Positions 24,974 through 32,000 of a stretch of 32,000 nucleotides of DNA are shown here, piece by piece. The translations under genes and the position numbers were made by a program. The stretch comes from Mycolicibacterium smegmatis. GTDB lineage: Bacteria; Actinomycetota; Actinomycetes; Mycobacteriales; Mycobacteriaceae. The stretch spans positions 1,110,001 to 1,142,000 of the forward strand of contig NZ_LN831039.1 of assembly GCF_001457595.1 (NCBI RefSeq), read 5' to 3'. The stretch's first letter is position 1. Each line of letters begins with the position of its first letter. The notes under the pieces were generated by a model, which made no database searches, was not told where the DNA came from, and worked only from the letters and a program-made list of their open reading frames with translations.

Positions 24974-25632
24974 CCGATCCGGGCCAGCTGATCGCGGCGA
25001 TGCGGTTCGGCGACAGCGCCTTTCCCTCGGGAGGATTCGCGTTCTCGTCGGGTCTGGAGGGCGCGCACCGCGACGGTCTGGTACACGACGAACGCGACGT
25101 CGCCGTGTTCACCGCCGAACAGTTGTGCGGCCGGTGGCACCGCGGCGACCGCGTGCTGCTGCGCATGGCGTGGACGCACGACGATCCCGGCGACGTCGAC
25201 GCGCTCGCCGAGGCGGTCACCACCATGTCCGTGCTGCGTGAGGCGTCCCGACGTGCGGGCGCCGCGACGCTGTCGACGTTCGCCGCGATCACGACCGCCG
25301 ACCACCTGACCCGCTATCGCACCCGGGTGCTCGCCGGCGACGCCCCGGGACACCTCCCGATCGCGCAGGCGCTGAGCTTCCGCGCGGCCGGGCTGACGCT
25401 GCCGACCGCCGAGGCCGTCGCGGCGTGGCAGGTGGTATCGGGCATCACCAGCGCTGCCCTGCGCCTGGGGATCTGCGGACACCTGGGTGCGCAACGCATC
25501 CTGGGCGACCTCACGGCGCCGATGCTGGATGTGCTCGACCGCGAACCACCCGCAGTGCCCGCCACTTTCACCGCCTACGCCGACATCGCCGCGCAGCGCC
25601 GCCGTGATGGCGTGCGGCTGTTCGCCAGTTGA
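24970..25632 (+). CDS. ureF: Urease accessory protein UreF
   Basis: ATGA overlap with ureE. LIAAMRFGDSAFPSGGFAFSSGLE is the UreF N-terminal signature. Confidence 0.85.
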   Translation: MTDPGQLIAAMRFGDSAFPSGGFAFSSGLEGAHRDGLVHDERDVAVFTAEQLCGRWHRGDRVLLRMAWTHDDPGDVDALAEAVTTMSVLREASRRAGAATLSTFAAITTADHLTRYRTRVLAGDAPGHLPIAQALSFRAAGLTLPTAEAVAAWQVVSGITSAALRLGICGHLGAQRILGDLTAPMLDVLDREPPAVPATFTAYADIAAQRRRDGVRLFAS

Positions 25633-25642
25633 AGGAGATCAT

Positions 25643-26299
25643 GTGAACCTCACGCCCACCGAACTCGAACGCCTCACGGTGTTCACCGCCGCCGAGATGG
25701 CGCGACGCAATCTGCGCGAGGGGGTTCTGCTGAGCCATCCCGAGGCCGTCGCGCTGCTCACCGACGAGGTCATGCTGGCCGCGCGCAAGAACCTGGCGTA
25801 CGACGAGGTGGTCGACATGGCCGCGAACCTGCTGCAGGCCAAGGACTGTGAGCCCGGTGTGCCCGACCTGGTGCGCATGGTGATGATCGACGCCCCGTTC
25901 CCCGACGGCACCAAGCTCGTCGCGCTGATCGACCCGATCACCCGGGCCGAGGACGACATCCGGCCGGGGGAGATCATCGTCGGTGACCAACCCGTCGAGC
26001 TGTTCCCTGGCGTCGAGCGCATCACGCTCACCGTGGTCAACCGCGGTGACCGGGACATCCAGGTGCGCAGTCAATCCCATTTCTACGAGACCAACCCCGC
26101 GCTGGAGTTCGACCGTCGCGCGGCATGGGGGTACAAGCTCGACATCGCCTCGGGCGGCGGTGTCCGGTTCGAACCCGGCATCCCGGTCCAGGTCAGCCTT
26201 GTCCCGATGGGCGGTGAGCGCGTGATCCAGGGCTTCTCCGGGCTGGTCAACGGCCCGCTCGACGGTGCCGACCAACTCGCCGAGCAGAAAGGCGCCTGA
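25643..26299 (+). CDS. ureAB: Urease gamma-beta fusion subunit
   Basis: GTG 25643 follows GAAGGAGA. The gamma part is LTPTELERLTVFTAAEMARRNLREGVLLSHPEAVALL...FPDGTKLV. The beta part is PGEIIVGD...NRGDRDIQVRSQSHFYETNPALEFDR...RFEPG. Both lie in one 218-aa ORF. Confidence 0.9.
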   Translation: MNLTPTELERLTVFTAAEMARRNLREGVLLSHPEAVALLTDEVMLAARKNLAYDEVVDMAANLLQAKDCEPGVPDLVRMVMIDAPFPDGTKLVALIDPITRAEDDIRPGEIIVGDQPVELFPGVERITLTVVNRGDRDIQVRSQSHFYETNPALEFDRRAAWGYKLDIASGGGVRFEPGIPVQVSLVPMGGERVIQGFSGLVNGPLDGADQLAEQKGA

Positions 26300-26300
26300 C

Positions 26301-28007
26301 GTGACGACCATCGACCGCCGCTCGTATGCGCGCATGTTCGGGCCCACCAAGGGTGACCGGATCCGGCTCGCCGATTCGGATCTGTTCGTCGAGGTCGAGT
26401 ACGACCACACCGTGCCGGGTTACGAGTTGCTCAGCGGTGCAGGAAAATCCGTGCGCGACGGCGAGGGGTACCGGCCATCGTCCAAACCGTCCGACGGCGC
26501 GCTCGACTACGTCATCATGAACGCCGTCGTGATCGACGCTGTCGCCGGGATCATCAAGTGCGACATCGGTATCCGCGACGGGCGCATCGTCGGCATCGGC
26601 AAGGCGGGCAACCCGGACACCATGCCGGGGGTCACCGAAAGCATGGTCGTCGGCAGCGCCACCACGCCGATCCCGGCCGAGGGCATGATCGTCACGGCGG
26701 GTGCCATCGAGACGCACGCGCACCTGATCTCGCCGCAGCAGACCGAACACGCGTTGTCGACGGGCACCACCACGCTCATCGGCGGTTCACTGGGCCCGTC
26801 GTTCGAGGTCGCGACCGGCGGCCCGCGCAACCTCGGCATGTTCCTCAAGGCCGGTGACTACACGCCCATGAACTACGTGCCGTTCGGGCGGGGTTCGTCG
26901 GATCCGGCCGCGGTGCTGGAGATGGTGGCCGCAGGCGCGGGCGCGGTCAAGATCCACGAGGACTTCGGCGCCTCGCCCGACATCATCGACAAGACGTTGC
27001 AGGCCGCGGATTCCGCAGATTTCGCGGTGCATCTGCACACCGATTCGATCAACGAGTTCGGGTTCTCCGAGATCACCATGTTGACGATCGGCGACCGGAC
27101 CATCCACCTCTATCACGTCGAGGGTGCGGGCGGCGGGCACGCACCCGACCTGATCCGGTGCGTGAGCTTCGACAACGTCATCCCGGGCACCACCAACCCC
27201 ACCAACCCGTACACGTTGGGCGGTCTCGACGAAGGTGTGCCGATGACCATGGCGGCGCACCTGATGAACTGGGAGTCGCCCGAGGACATCGCGTTCGCCG
27301 AGGCGCGGATCCGCCCGCAGACCATGGTGGCCGAGGATCTCCTGCACGACATGGGTGCCATCTCGATCTTCGGCAGCGACACCCAGGGCATGGGGCGAGT
27401 CGCCGAGAACATCGCCAACTGCTGGCAATTGGCCGCGGTGATGAAACAGCGTGTCGGGCGCCTGCCGGAGGAGAAGACCGCCGCGGCCGACAACGAACGC
27501 GTCAAGCGCTACATCGCGAAACTGACCATCAACCCGGCCATCTCGGTCGGCGCCGACGATCACATCGGTTCGGTCGAGGTGGGCAAGGTCGCCGACCTGG
27601 TGATCTGGAAACCCGCGTTCTTCGGCGTCAAACCACAGGTGGTGCTCAAGAACGGCTACATCGCGTGGGCCGCGCTCGGCGACGCGGCCGGGTCGATCTC
27701 GTCGTCCGAACCGATCATCCAGCGCCCCAACTGGGCCGCCTTGGGCGACGCGGCCGCCGACGGCGGATTCGTGTTCATGTCCTCGCTCGCCATCGACGCC
27801 GGGGTGCCCGAACGCCTCGGGCTGCGCAAGCATGTACTGCCCATCAAGTCGGTGCGCTCGCTGCGCAAGAAGGACATGGTGCGCAACGACGCCCTGCCGC
27901 ACGTCGAGGTCGATCCGCGCACCTTCGACGTGCGGGCCGACGGGGTACTGCTCACCGCCGAACCCGCTGTCAGCGTGCCGTTTTCGCGGAAGTTCCTGCT
28001 GCGATGA
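26301..28007 (+). CDS. ureC: Urease alpha (catalytic) subunit
   Basis: GTG 26301. [25 protein letters not shown] is the typical N-terminus. The active-site set is present: [15 protein letters not shown] (carbamylated Lys), [22 protein letters not shown] and [11 protein letters not shown]. Confidence 0.95.
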   Translation: MTTIDRRSYARMFGPTKGDRIRLADSDLFVEVEYDHTVPGYELLSGAGKSVRDGEGYRPSSKPSDGALDYVIMNAVVIDAVAGIIKCDIGIRDGRIVGIGKAGNPDTMPGVTESMVVGSATTPIPAEGMIVTAGAIETHAHLISPQQTEHALSTGTTTLIGGSLGPSFEVATGGPRNLGMFLKAGDYTPMNYVPFGRGSSDPAAVLEMVAAGAGAVKIHEDFGASPDIIDKTLQAADSADFAVHLHTDSINEFGFSEITMLTIGDRTIHLYHVEGAGGGHAPDLIRCVSFDNVIPGTTNPTNPYTLGGLDEGVPMTMAAHLMNWESPEDIAFAEARIRPQTMVAEDLLHDMGAISIFGSDTQGMGRVAENIANCWQLAAVMKQRVGRLPEEKTAAADNERVKRYIAKLTINPAISVGADDHIGSVEVGKVADLVIWKPAFFGVKPQVVLKNGYIAWAALGDAAGSISSSEPIIQRPNWAALGDAAADGGFVFMSSLAIDAGVPERLGLRKHVLPIKSVRSLRKKDMVRNDALPHVEVDPRTFDVRADGVLLTAEPAVSVPFSRKFLLR

Positions 28008-28621
28008 CCACCGCACTCAAGGCAGCACGCATCGGTATCGGCGGTCCGGTGGGCTCGGGCAAGACCGCGCTGGTCGAGGCGCTGCTCGCCGGTTTCGCGC
28101 GGCGGGGTCGCAGCGTGTCGGTGATCACCAACGACCTCGTCACCACCGAGGACGCCGAACGGGTCCGTCGTTCGGGACTGATCGATCCGCGGCGCGTACG
28201 TGCGGTCGAGGCCGGGGGATGCCCGCACACCGTGATCCGTGAGGATCCGTCGCTCAACATGGCCGCGGCCGACGCGCTCGAAGCCGAATTCCCCGACACC
28301 GAGATGATCCTGCTGGAATCCGGCGGCGACAACCTGGCGTCGACGTTCTCGCGGGACCTGGTGGACTACTGGCTCTTCGTGATCGACGTCGCAGGCGGAG
28401 ACGACATCCCACGCAAACGCGGACCCGGCGTGCTGCGCTGCGACCTGCTGGTGATCAACAAGGTCGACCTCGCACCGCACGTCGGCGTCGATCTCGACCT
28501 GATGCGCCGCGAGGCCGACGAAGTCCGCAGCGGCAGAACGGTTGTTGCGATCAGCGCCCGCAACGGGCACGGCATCGACGAGTTGATGGACGTGCTCGAG
28601 CGCGAAGTGCTGTTCGTGTGA
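28004..28621 (+). CDS. ureG: Urease accessory GTPase UreG
   Basis: ATGA overlap with ureC. The P-loop is [11 protein letters not shown], the Ni-binding motif is [11 protein letters not shown], and NKVD is present. Confidence 0.95.
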   Translation: MTTALKAARIGIGGPVGSGKTALVEALLAGFARRGRSVSVITNDLVTTEDAERVRRSGLIDPRRVRAVEAGGCPHTVIREDPSLNMAAADALEAEFPDTEMILLESGGDNLASTFSRDLVDYWLFVIDVAGGDDIPRKRGPGVLRCDLLVINKVDLAPHVGVDLDLMRREADEVRSGRTVVAISARNGHGIDELMDVLEREVLFV

Positions 28622-29433
28622 AGCTCGCCGAACGCACGGCGGCCGATCTGCGGTTCGCCCGCGCCGGCGCCCACACGGTGCTGACCCGGCGCCGTCATCG
28701 GTGGCCGTTCGTGATCGGCCGCGTCTTCGCCGACCCGCAGGACCCCGGCCTCGGCACGCTCACCCTGCAGAACGCGGCGGGCACCGTCATCCCCGGCGAC
28801 GTGATCCGCCAGCGCATCGAGGTGGTCGACGGCGGGCGGGCCGCGGTCAACGGGCAGGGGGCCACGCTGATCAGCGGTGTTCCCGGCGGTGACGCGTCGG
28901 CCGAGGAGACCGAGTTGTACGTCGACGCCCACAGTTGGCTGCGGTTCGATCCCGCGCCACGCATCCTCACCGCCCACGCCCGTCATCGCCAGCGCACCGA
29001 GGTGTGCGTCGCACACCGCGGCTGCGCCGTCGTCGTCGACGCCGTGGTGCTGCACCCCGACCTCGACGCGGCGACCTTCGGCAGCATCGAATCCACCGTC
29101 ACCGTCCGCTCGCCCGGCGGCGCACTGCTGGCGATGGACGCACAGGTCTTGGACGCCCCACCCGTGACGGGCCGCTTCACCGCGTTCGGCACGGTCTACT
29201 TCGTCGGGGCGGGCTTCACCGGGGGCCACCATGAGGGCCCGACCGATCCACCCGGCGTCTACACCGCGGTCACCGAACTGCCCAACGGCGCCGGCTGCGC
29301 CGTACGCATCGCCGCCGCGGACGGCGGAACCCTGCGCACCTACCTTCGCCTGCTCTCCGCCGAAACGGCATTCCAGCGGGCGTCCACTCGCACTTTTACT
29401 GACGGAATGCCGTTTCGGCGGAGTCAGGTGTGA
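28618..29433 (+). CDS. ureD: Urease accessory protein UreD/UreH
   Basis: GTGA overlap with ureG. Position, about 270 aa length and general UreD-like sequence support the call. The last ~26 codons are encoded by the hairpin repeat element. Confidence 0.75.
   Translation: MKLAERTAADLRFARAGAHTVLTRRRHRWPFVIGRVFADPQDPGLGTLTLQNAAGTVIPGDVIRQRIEVVDGGRAAVNGQGATLISGVPGGDASAEETELYVDAHSWLRFDPAPRILTAHARHRQRTEVCVAHRGCAVVVDAVVLHPDLDAATFGSIESTVTVRSPGGALLAMDAQVLDAPPVTGRFTAFGTVYFVGAGFTGGHHEGPTDPPGVYTAVTELPNGAGCAVRIAAADGGTLRTYLRLLSAETAFQRASTRTFTDGMPFRRSQV
29355..29423. repeat. Hairpin repeat element, copy B (perfect 20-bp stem)
   Basis: CTCCGCCGAAACGGCATTCC (29355-29374) is the exact reverse complement of GGAATGCCGTTTCGGCGGAG (29404-29423). 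The 29-nt loop is AGCGGGCGTCCACTCGCACTTTTACTGAC. Confidence 0.85.
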
Positions 29434-29462
29434 AAACGTCGCGCACGGGTTACTAAGCACGC

Positions 29463-30146
29463 ATGCTTGAGAGCCAAGTCGATCAGATCGCCGTCGTCAT
29501 CCCCGCGCACAACGAGCGCGCCCACCTGCCGATGTCGCTTCGTGCGATGGTCACCGCCGCGATGTGCGTGCCCGTACCCGTGCAGATCGTCGTGGTTCTC
29601 GACGCCTGCACCGACGGCAGCGAGGCGCTCGCCGGCGACTTCGGCTCCGATGTCCACTTCGTGTCGGTCGACGCGGGCAATGTGGGTGCCGCGCGCGCCG
29701 CGGGATTCGCGTATGCCCGCTCGCTGCGCCCGGACACCGTGAGGACCTGGTACGCGACGTCCGACGCCGATACGGCGGTGCCCGCCGACTGGCTCGTCGA
29801 GATGACGACGACGGCCGTCGAGGTCGACGCCGACATGGTGCTCGGTGGCGTCCACGTGCCGGGCGGCCAGGATTTCAGCGAGAGCAACGACCACGTGCAC
29901 GGCGCCAACATGGGATTTCGTGCCGACGCGTACTGGTCGGTCGGTGGCTTCCGCGGGCTGAAGACCGGTGAGGACGCCGAACTCGCCGACCGCTTCGAGT
30001 CACACGGCCTGCACGTGCACCGCGACGGCGACCTGTCGGTGGAGACCTCGGCCCGCCGGTCGGGCCGCGCGCCCGACGGCTTCGCCGACTACCTGCGCGA
30101 ACTCGCCCGCACCCCGGTGCCTGCCGAACTCGGCGCCCCGGCCTGA
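29463..30146 (+). CDS. Glycosyltransferase family 2 protein
   Basis: AVVIPAHNE, VVLDACTDGS and SDADT (DxD-like) are typical GT-A/GT2 motifs. Confidence 0.8.
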   Translation: MLESQVDQIAVVIPAHNERAHLPMSLRAMVTAAMCVPVPVQIVVVLDACTDGSEALAGDFGSDVHFVSVDAGNVGAARAAGFAYARSLRPDTVRTWYATSDADTAVPADWLVEMTTTAVEVDADMVLGGVHVPGGQDFSESNDHVHGANMGFRADAYWSVGGFRGLKTGEDAELADRFESHGLHVHRDGDLSVETSARRSGRAPDGFADYLRELARTPVPAELGAPA

Positions 30147-30168
30147 TCTCCTGCGCGAGCGGACGGAG

Positions 30169-30196
30169 GTACCCCGCGACGAGGGGTGCGGGGTAC
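30169..30196. terminator. Hairpin between convergent genes (candidate bidirectional terminator)
   Basis: GTACCCCGC-(10 nt)-GCGGGGTAC forms a perfect 9-bp GC-rich stem. It lies between the GT2 stop (30146) and the acyl-CoA synthetase stop (30217). There is no clear U tract. Confidence 0.45.
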
Positions 30197-30216
30197 TGCC
30201 CGTCTGCCGCGCCCGA

Positions 30217-31836
30217 TCAGCCGACCGCGCGCGCGGCACCCTCCCAGAACTGGGCCCGCACGGCCTTCTTGTCGGGCTTGCCCAGCGCGGTCACGGGCAC
30301 CGAGTCGACGACGATCACCTGCTTGGGTGACTGCACCGAACCCTTGCGTTCCTTCACCGACGCCTGGATCTCGGCGGTCAACCGCTCGATGCCCTCCTCG
30401 CTGCGGTCGGCGTCGGGACGCAGCACGACCACCGCGGTGACGGCCTCGCCCCACTTCTCGTCGGGCGTGCCGATCACGCACACCTGCGCGACCGAGGGAT
30501 GTTCGGCGACAACGTCTTCCACCTCACGCGGGAACACGTTGAAGCCGCCGGTGACGATCATGTCCTTGACCCGGTCGACGATGAACCAGTAGCCGTCCTC
30601 GTCCTCGCGGGCCATGTCGCCGGTGTGCAGCCAGCCGTCCTTGAACGTCTCGGCCGTCGCGTCGGGCAGCTTCCAGTACCCGCCGGCCAGCAGCGGGCCG
30701 GACACGCAGATCTCGCCGACCTCGCCCTGCGGGACGGGGTTTCCCTCGGGGTCGAGCAGCGCCGTGCGCGCGAACATGGTGGGCCGCCCGCACGAGGTGA
30801 GCCGCTTCTCGTCGTGGTCCTTCTTGCCCAGGTACGAGATCACCATCGGGGCCTCGGACTGGCCGTAGTACTGCGCGAAGATCGGGCCGAACCGCTTGAG
30901 CGCCTCGGCCAGCCGCACGGGGTTCATCGCCGAGGCGCCGTAGTACACGGTCTCCAGCGACGACAGGTCGCGCGTGTGGGAGTCGGGGTGGTCCAGCAGC
31001 GCGTAGAGCATCGACGGCACCAGCATGGTCGCGGTGATGCGACGTTCTTCGATGACGCGCAGTACCTCGCCAGGATCGAACTTGGGCAGCACGATCATCT
31101 CGCCGCCCTTGACGATCGTCGGCACGAAGAACGCCGCACCGGCGTGCGACAGCGGCGTGCACATCAGGAAGCGGGGGTTCTCGGGCCACTCCCATTCGGC
31201 CAGCTGGATCGTCGTCATGGTGGTGATCGACCGCACCGTGCCCATCACGCCCTTGGGCTTACCAGTGGTTCCGCCGGTGTAGGTGAGCCCGCCGATGTGG
31301 TCGGGCGGCAACTCGGCCGCGACGAGCGGCTTCGCCGGGTACTTGGCGGCCTCGGCGTTCAGATCGGTGGCCACCCCGGCCAGCGCCTCGGGCACGGGCC
31401 CGATGGTCAGGATCTGGCGCAGCGTCGGGACCTTCTCCAGCAGTCCCAGCGCGCGCTCGACGAACGCGGGCGTCGGGTCGATGATCAGCGTCGTGACCTC
31501 GGCGTCGGACAGCACGTAGGCGTGGTCGTCGAGGGAACCCAGCGGGTGCAGCGCCGTGCGCCGGTAACCCTGCGTCTGCCCCGCTCCGATGATCATCAGC
31601 ACCTCGGGCCGGTTCAGCGACAGCAGGCCGACGCCCTCGCCGGAACCCGCACCGAGCGCCTCGAACGCCTGGATGTACTGGCTGATGCGGTCGGCGAGTT
31701 CACCGCCGGTCAGCGTGGTGTCGCCGAGGAACAGCACCGGCTTGTCCCGGTTGCGTTTGAGCGCTGCCACGGTCAGGTGGCCGGAGTGAGTGGGGTGACG
31801 CAGCAGATCGGGCGAGGAGCTTTTCACCTGGGTCAT
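30217..31836 (-). CDS. fadD: Acyl-CoA synthetase / fatty-acid--CoA ligase (AMP-binding family, FadD8-like)
   Basis: The AMP-binding motif is LTYTGGTTGKPKGV; also YGQSEAP, TGDMARED and a C-terminal GKPDKK. The start is taken at MTQVKSS (31836); the track ORF extends to 31932. Confidence 0.9.
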   Translation of the reverse strand: MTQVKSSSPDLLRHPTHSGHLTVAALKRNRDKPVLFLGDTTLTGGELADRISQYIQAFEALGAGSGEGVGLLSLNRPEVLMIIGAGQTQGYRRTALHPLGSLDDHAYVLSDAEVTTLIIDPTPAFVERALGLLEKVPTLRQILTIGPVPEALAGVATDLNAEAAKYPAKPLVAAELPPDHIGGLTYTGGTTGKPKGVMGTVRSITTMTTIQLAEWEWPENPRFLMCTPLSHAGAAFFVPTIVKGGEMIVLPKFDPGEVLRVIEERRITATMLVPSMLYALLDHPDSHTRDLSSLETVYYGASAMNPVRLAEALKRFGPIFAQYYGQSEAPMVISYLGKKDHDEKRLTSCGRPTMFARTALLDPEGNPVPQGEVGEICVSGPLLAGGYWKLPDATAETFKDGWLHTGDMAREDEDGYWFIVDRVKDMIVTGGFNVFPREVEDVVAEHPSVAQVCVIGTPDEKWGEAVTAVVVLRPDADRSEEGIERLTAEIQASVKERKGSVQSPKQVIVVDSVPVTALGKPDKKAVRAQFWEGAARAVG

Positions 31837-31847
31837 GCAGTCCAGAC

Positions 31848-31861
31848 TAGAACGTGTTCCA
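31848..31861. promoter_or_regulatory. TetR/KstR-type operator-like palindrome
   Basis: TAGAACGTGTTCCA fits TnnAACnnGTTnnA. It lies 12 nt upstream of the fadD start, in the divergent intergenic region. Confidence 0.4.
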
Positions 31862-31979
31862 GAAATGGTGCAGTCGATCCCCCTGAACTCGGGCCGAGGC
31901 GCACAAAGCAGGTAGTCCGCTACGCATGTCACCCCTGGTCGACCTCCCTAACGTCACACATGAACAAGGAGGCACGAAC

Positions 31980-32000
31980 ATGGCGACCACCGACCGCCGG
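31980..32000 (+). CDS. 5' end of an unidentified gene (MATTDRR...), runs out of window
   Basis: ATG 31980 lies 7 nt after AAGGAGG. Only 7 codons are visible. Confidence 0.35.

Noticed and set aside
25641-25646. ATG at 25641 as the start of the urease gamma-beta gene.
   Set aside because: It is followed immediately by TGA in frame. The overlapping GTG at 25643 opens the correct frame (VNLTPTELERL...).
8963-30217. A toxin-antitoxin pair (vapBC-like) expected from remembered M. tuberculosis synteny between menB and fadD8, or any transposase, integrase or phage genes marking the island as mobile.
   Set aside because: No PIN-domain, RHH/AbrB, transposase, integrase or recombinase-like ORF is visible in any frame. 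Mobility of the island is therefore unsupported by this window.

Overview
This is a high-GC actinobacterial chromosomal segment. The backbone genes resemble, from memory, the pitA / Rv0544c-like / DUF3349 / glyoxalase / SDR / menB / fadD neighbourhood of mycobacteria, so a fast-growing Mycobacterium or Mycolicibacterium is my inference. Two nitrogen-catabolism modules sit inside that backbone. Module 1 (1621-7965) has a divergent PucR-family regulator and a translationally coupled operon: APC permease, two SDR oxidoreductases, an agmatinase-family ureohydrolase and a NodB/CE4 deacetylase-fold protein. Module 2 (about 11.5-29.4 kb) has a two-subunit N,N-dimethylformamidase-like amidohydrolase and a degenerate Rieske-like protein. 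It continues with a LuxR-type one-component regulator preceded by a GlnR-box-like site. It ends with a 14-gene, tightly coupled, co-directional array: family-5 ABC importer, amidase, GatC/AtzG-like microprotein, second amidase, then ureE-ureF-ure(gamma-beta fusion)-ureC-ureG-ureD. The most interesting candidate system is this importer + amidase/AtzG-like + urease super-operon, together with the adjacent DMFase-like enzyme. It looks like a dedicated route for importing and mineralising an unidentified carbamoyl, ureido or formyl nitrogen compound. Other observations are a 68-69 nt hairpin element present twice (one copy supplies the 3' end of ureD), an HdeA-like lipoprotein, a TnnAACnnGTTnnA operator at the fadD promoter, and an SD-driven 11-codon uORF overlapping the start of the ABC operon. 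I saw no transposase, integrase, tRNA, rRNA or CRISPR. Many long antisense ORFs in the track are high-GC artefacts. All family assignments come from motif recognition by eye; no database search was run.
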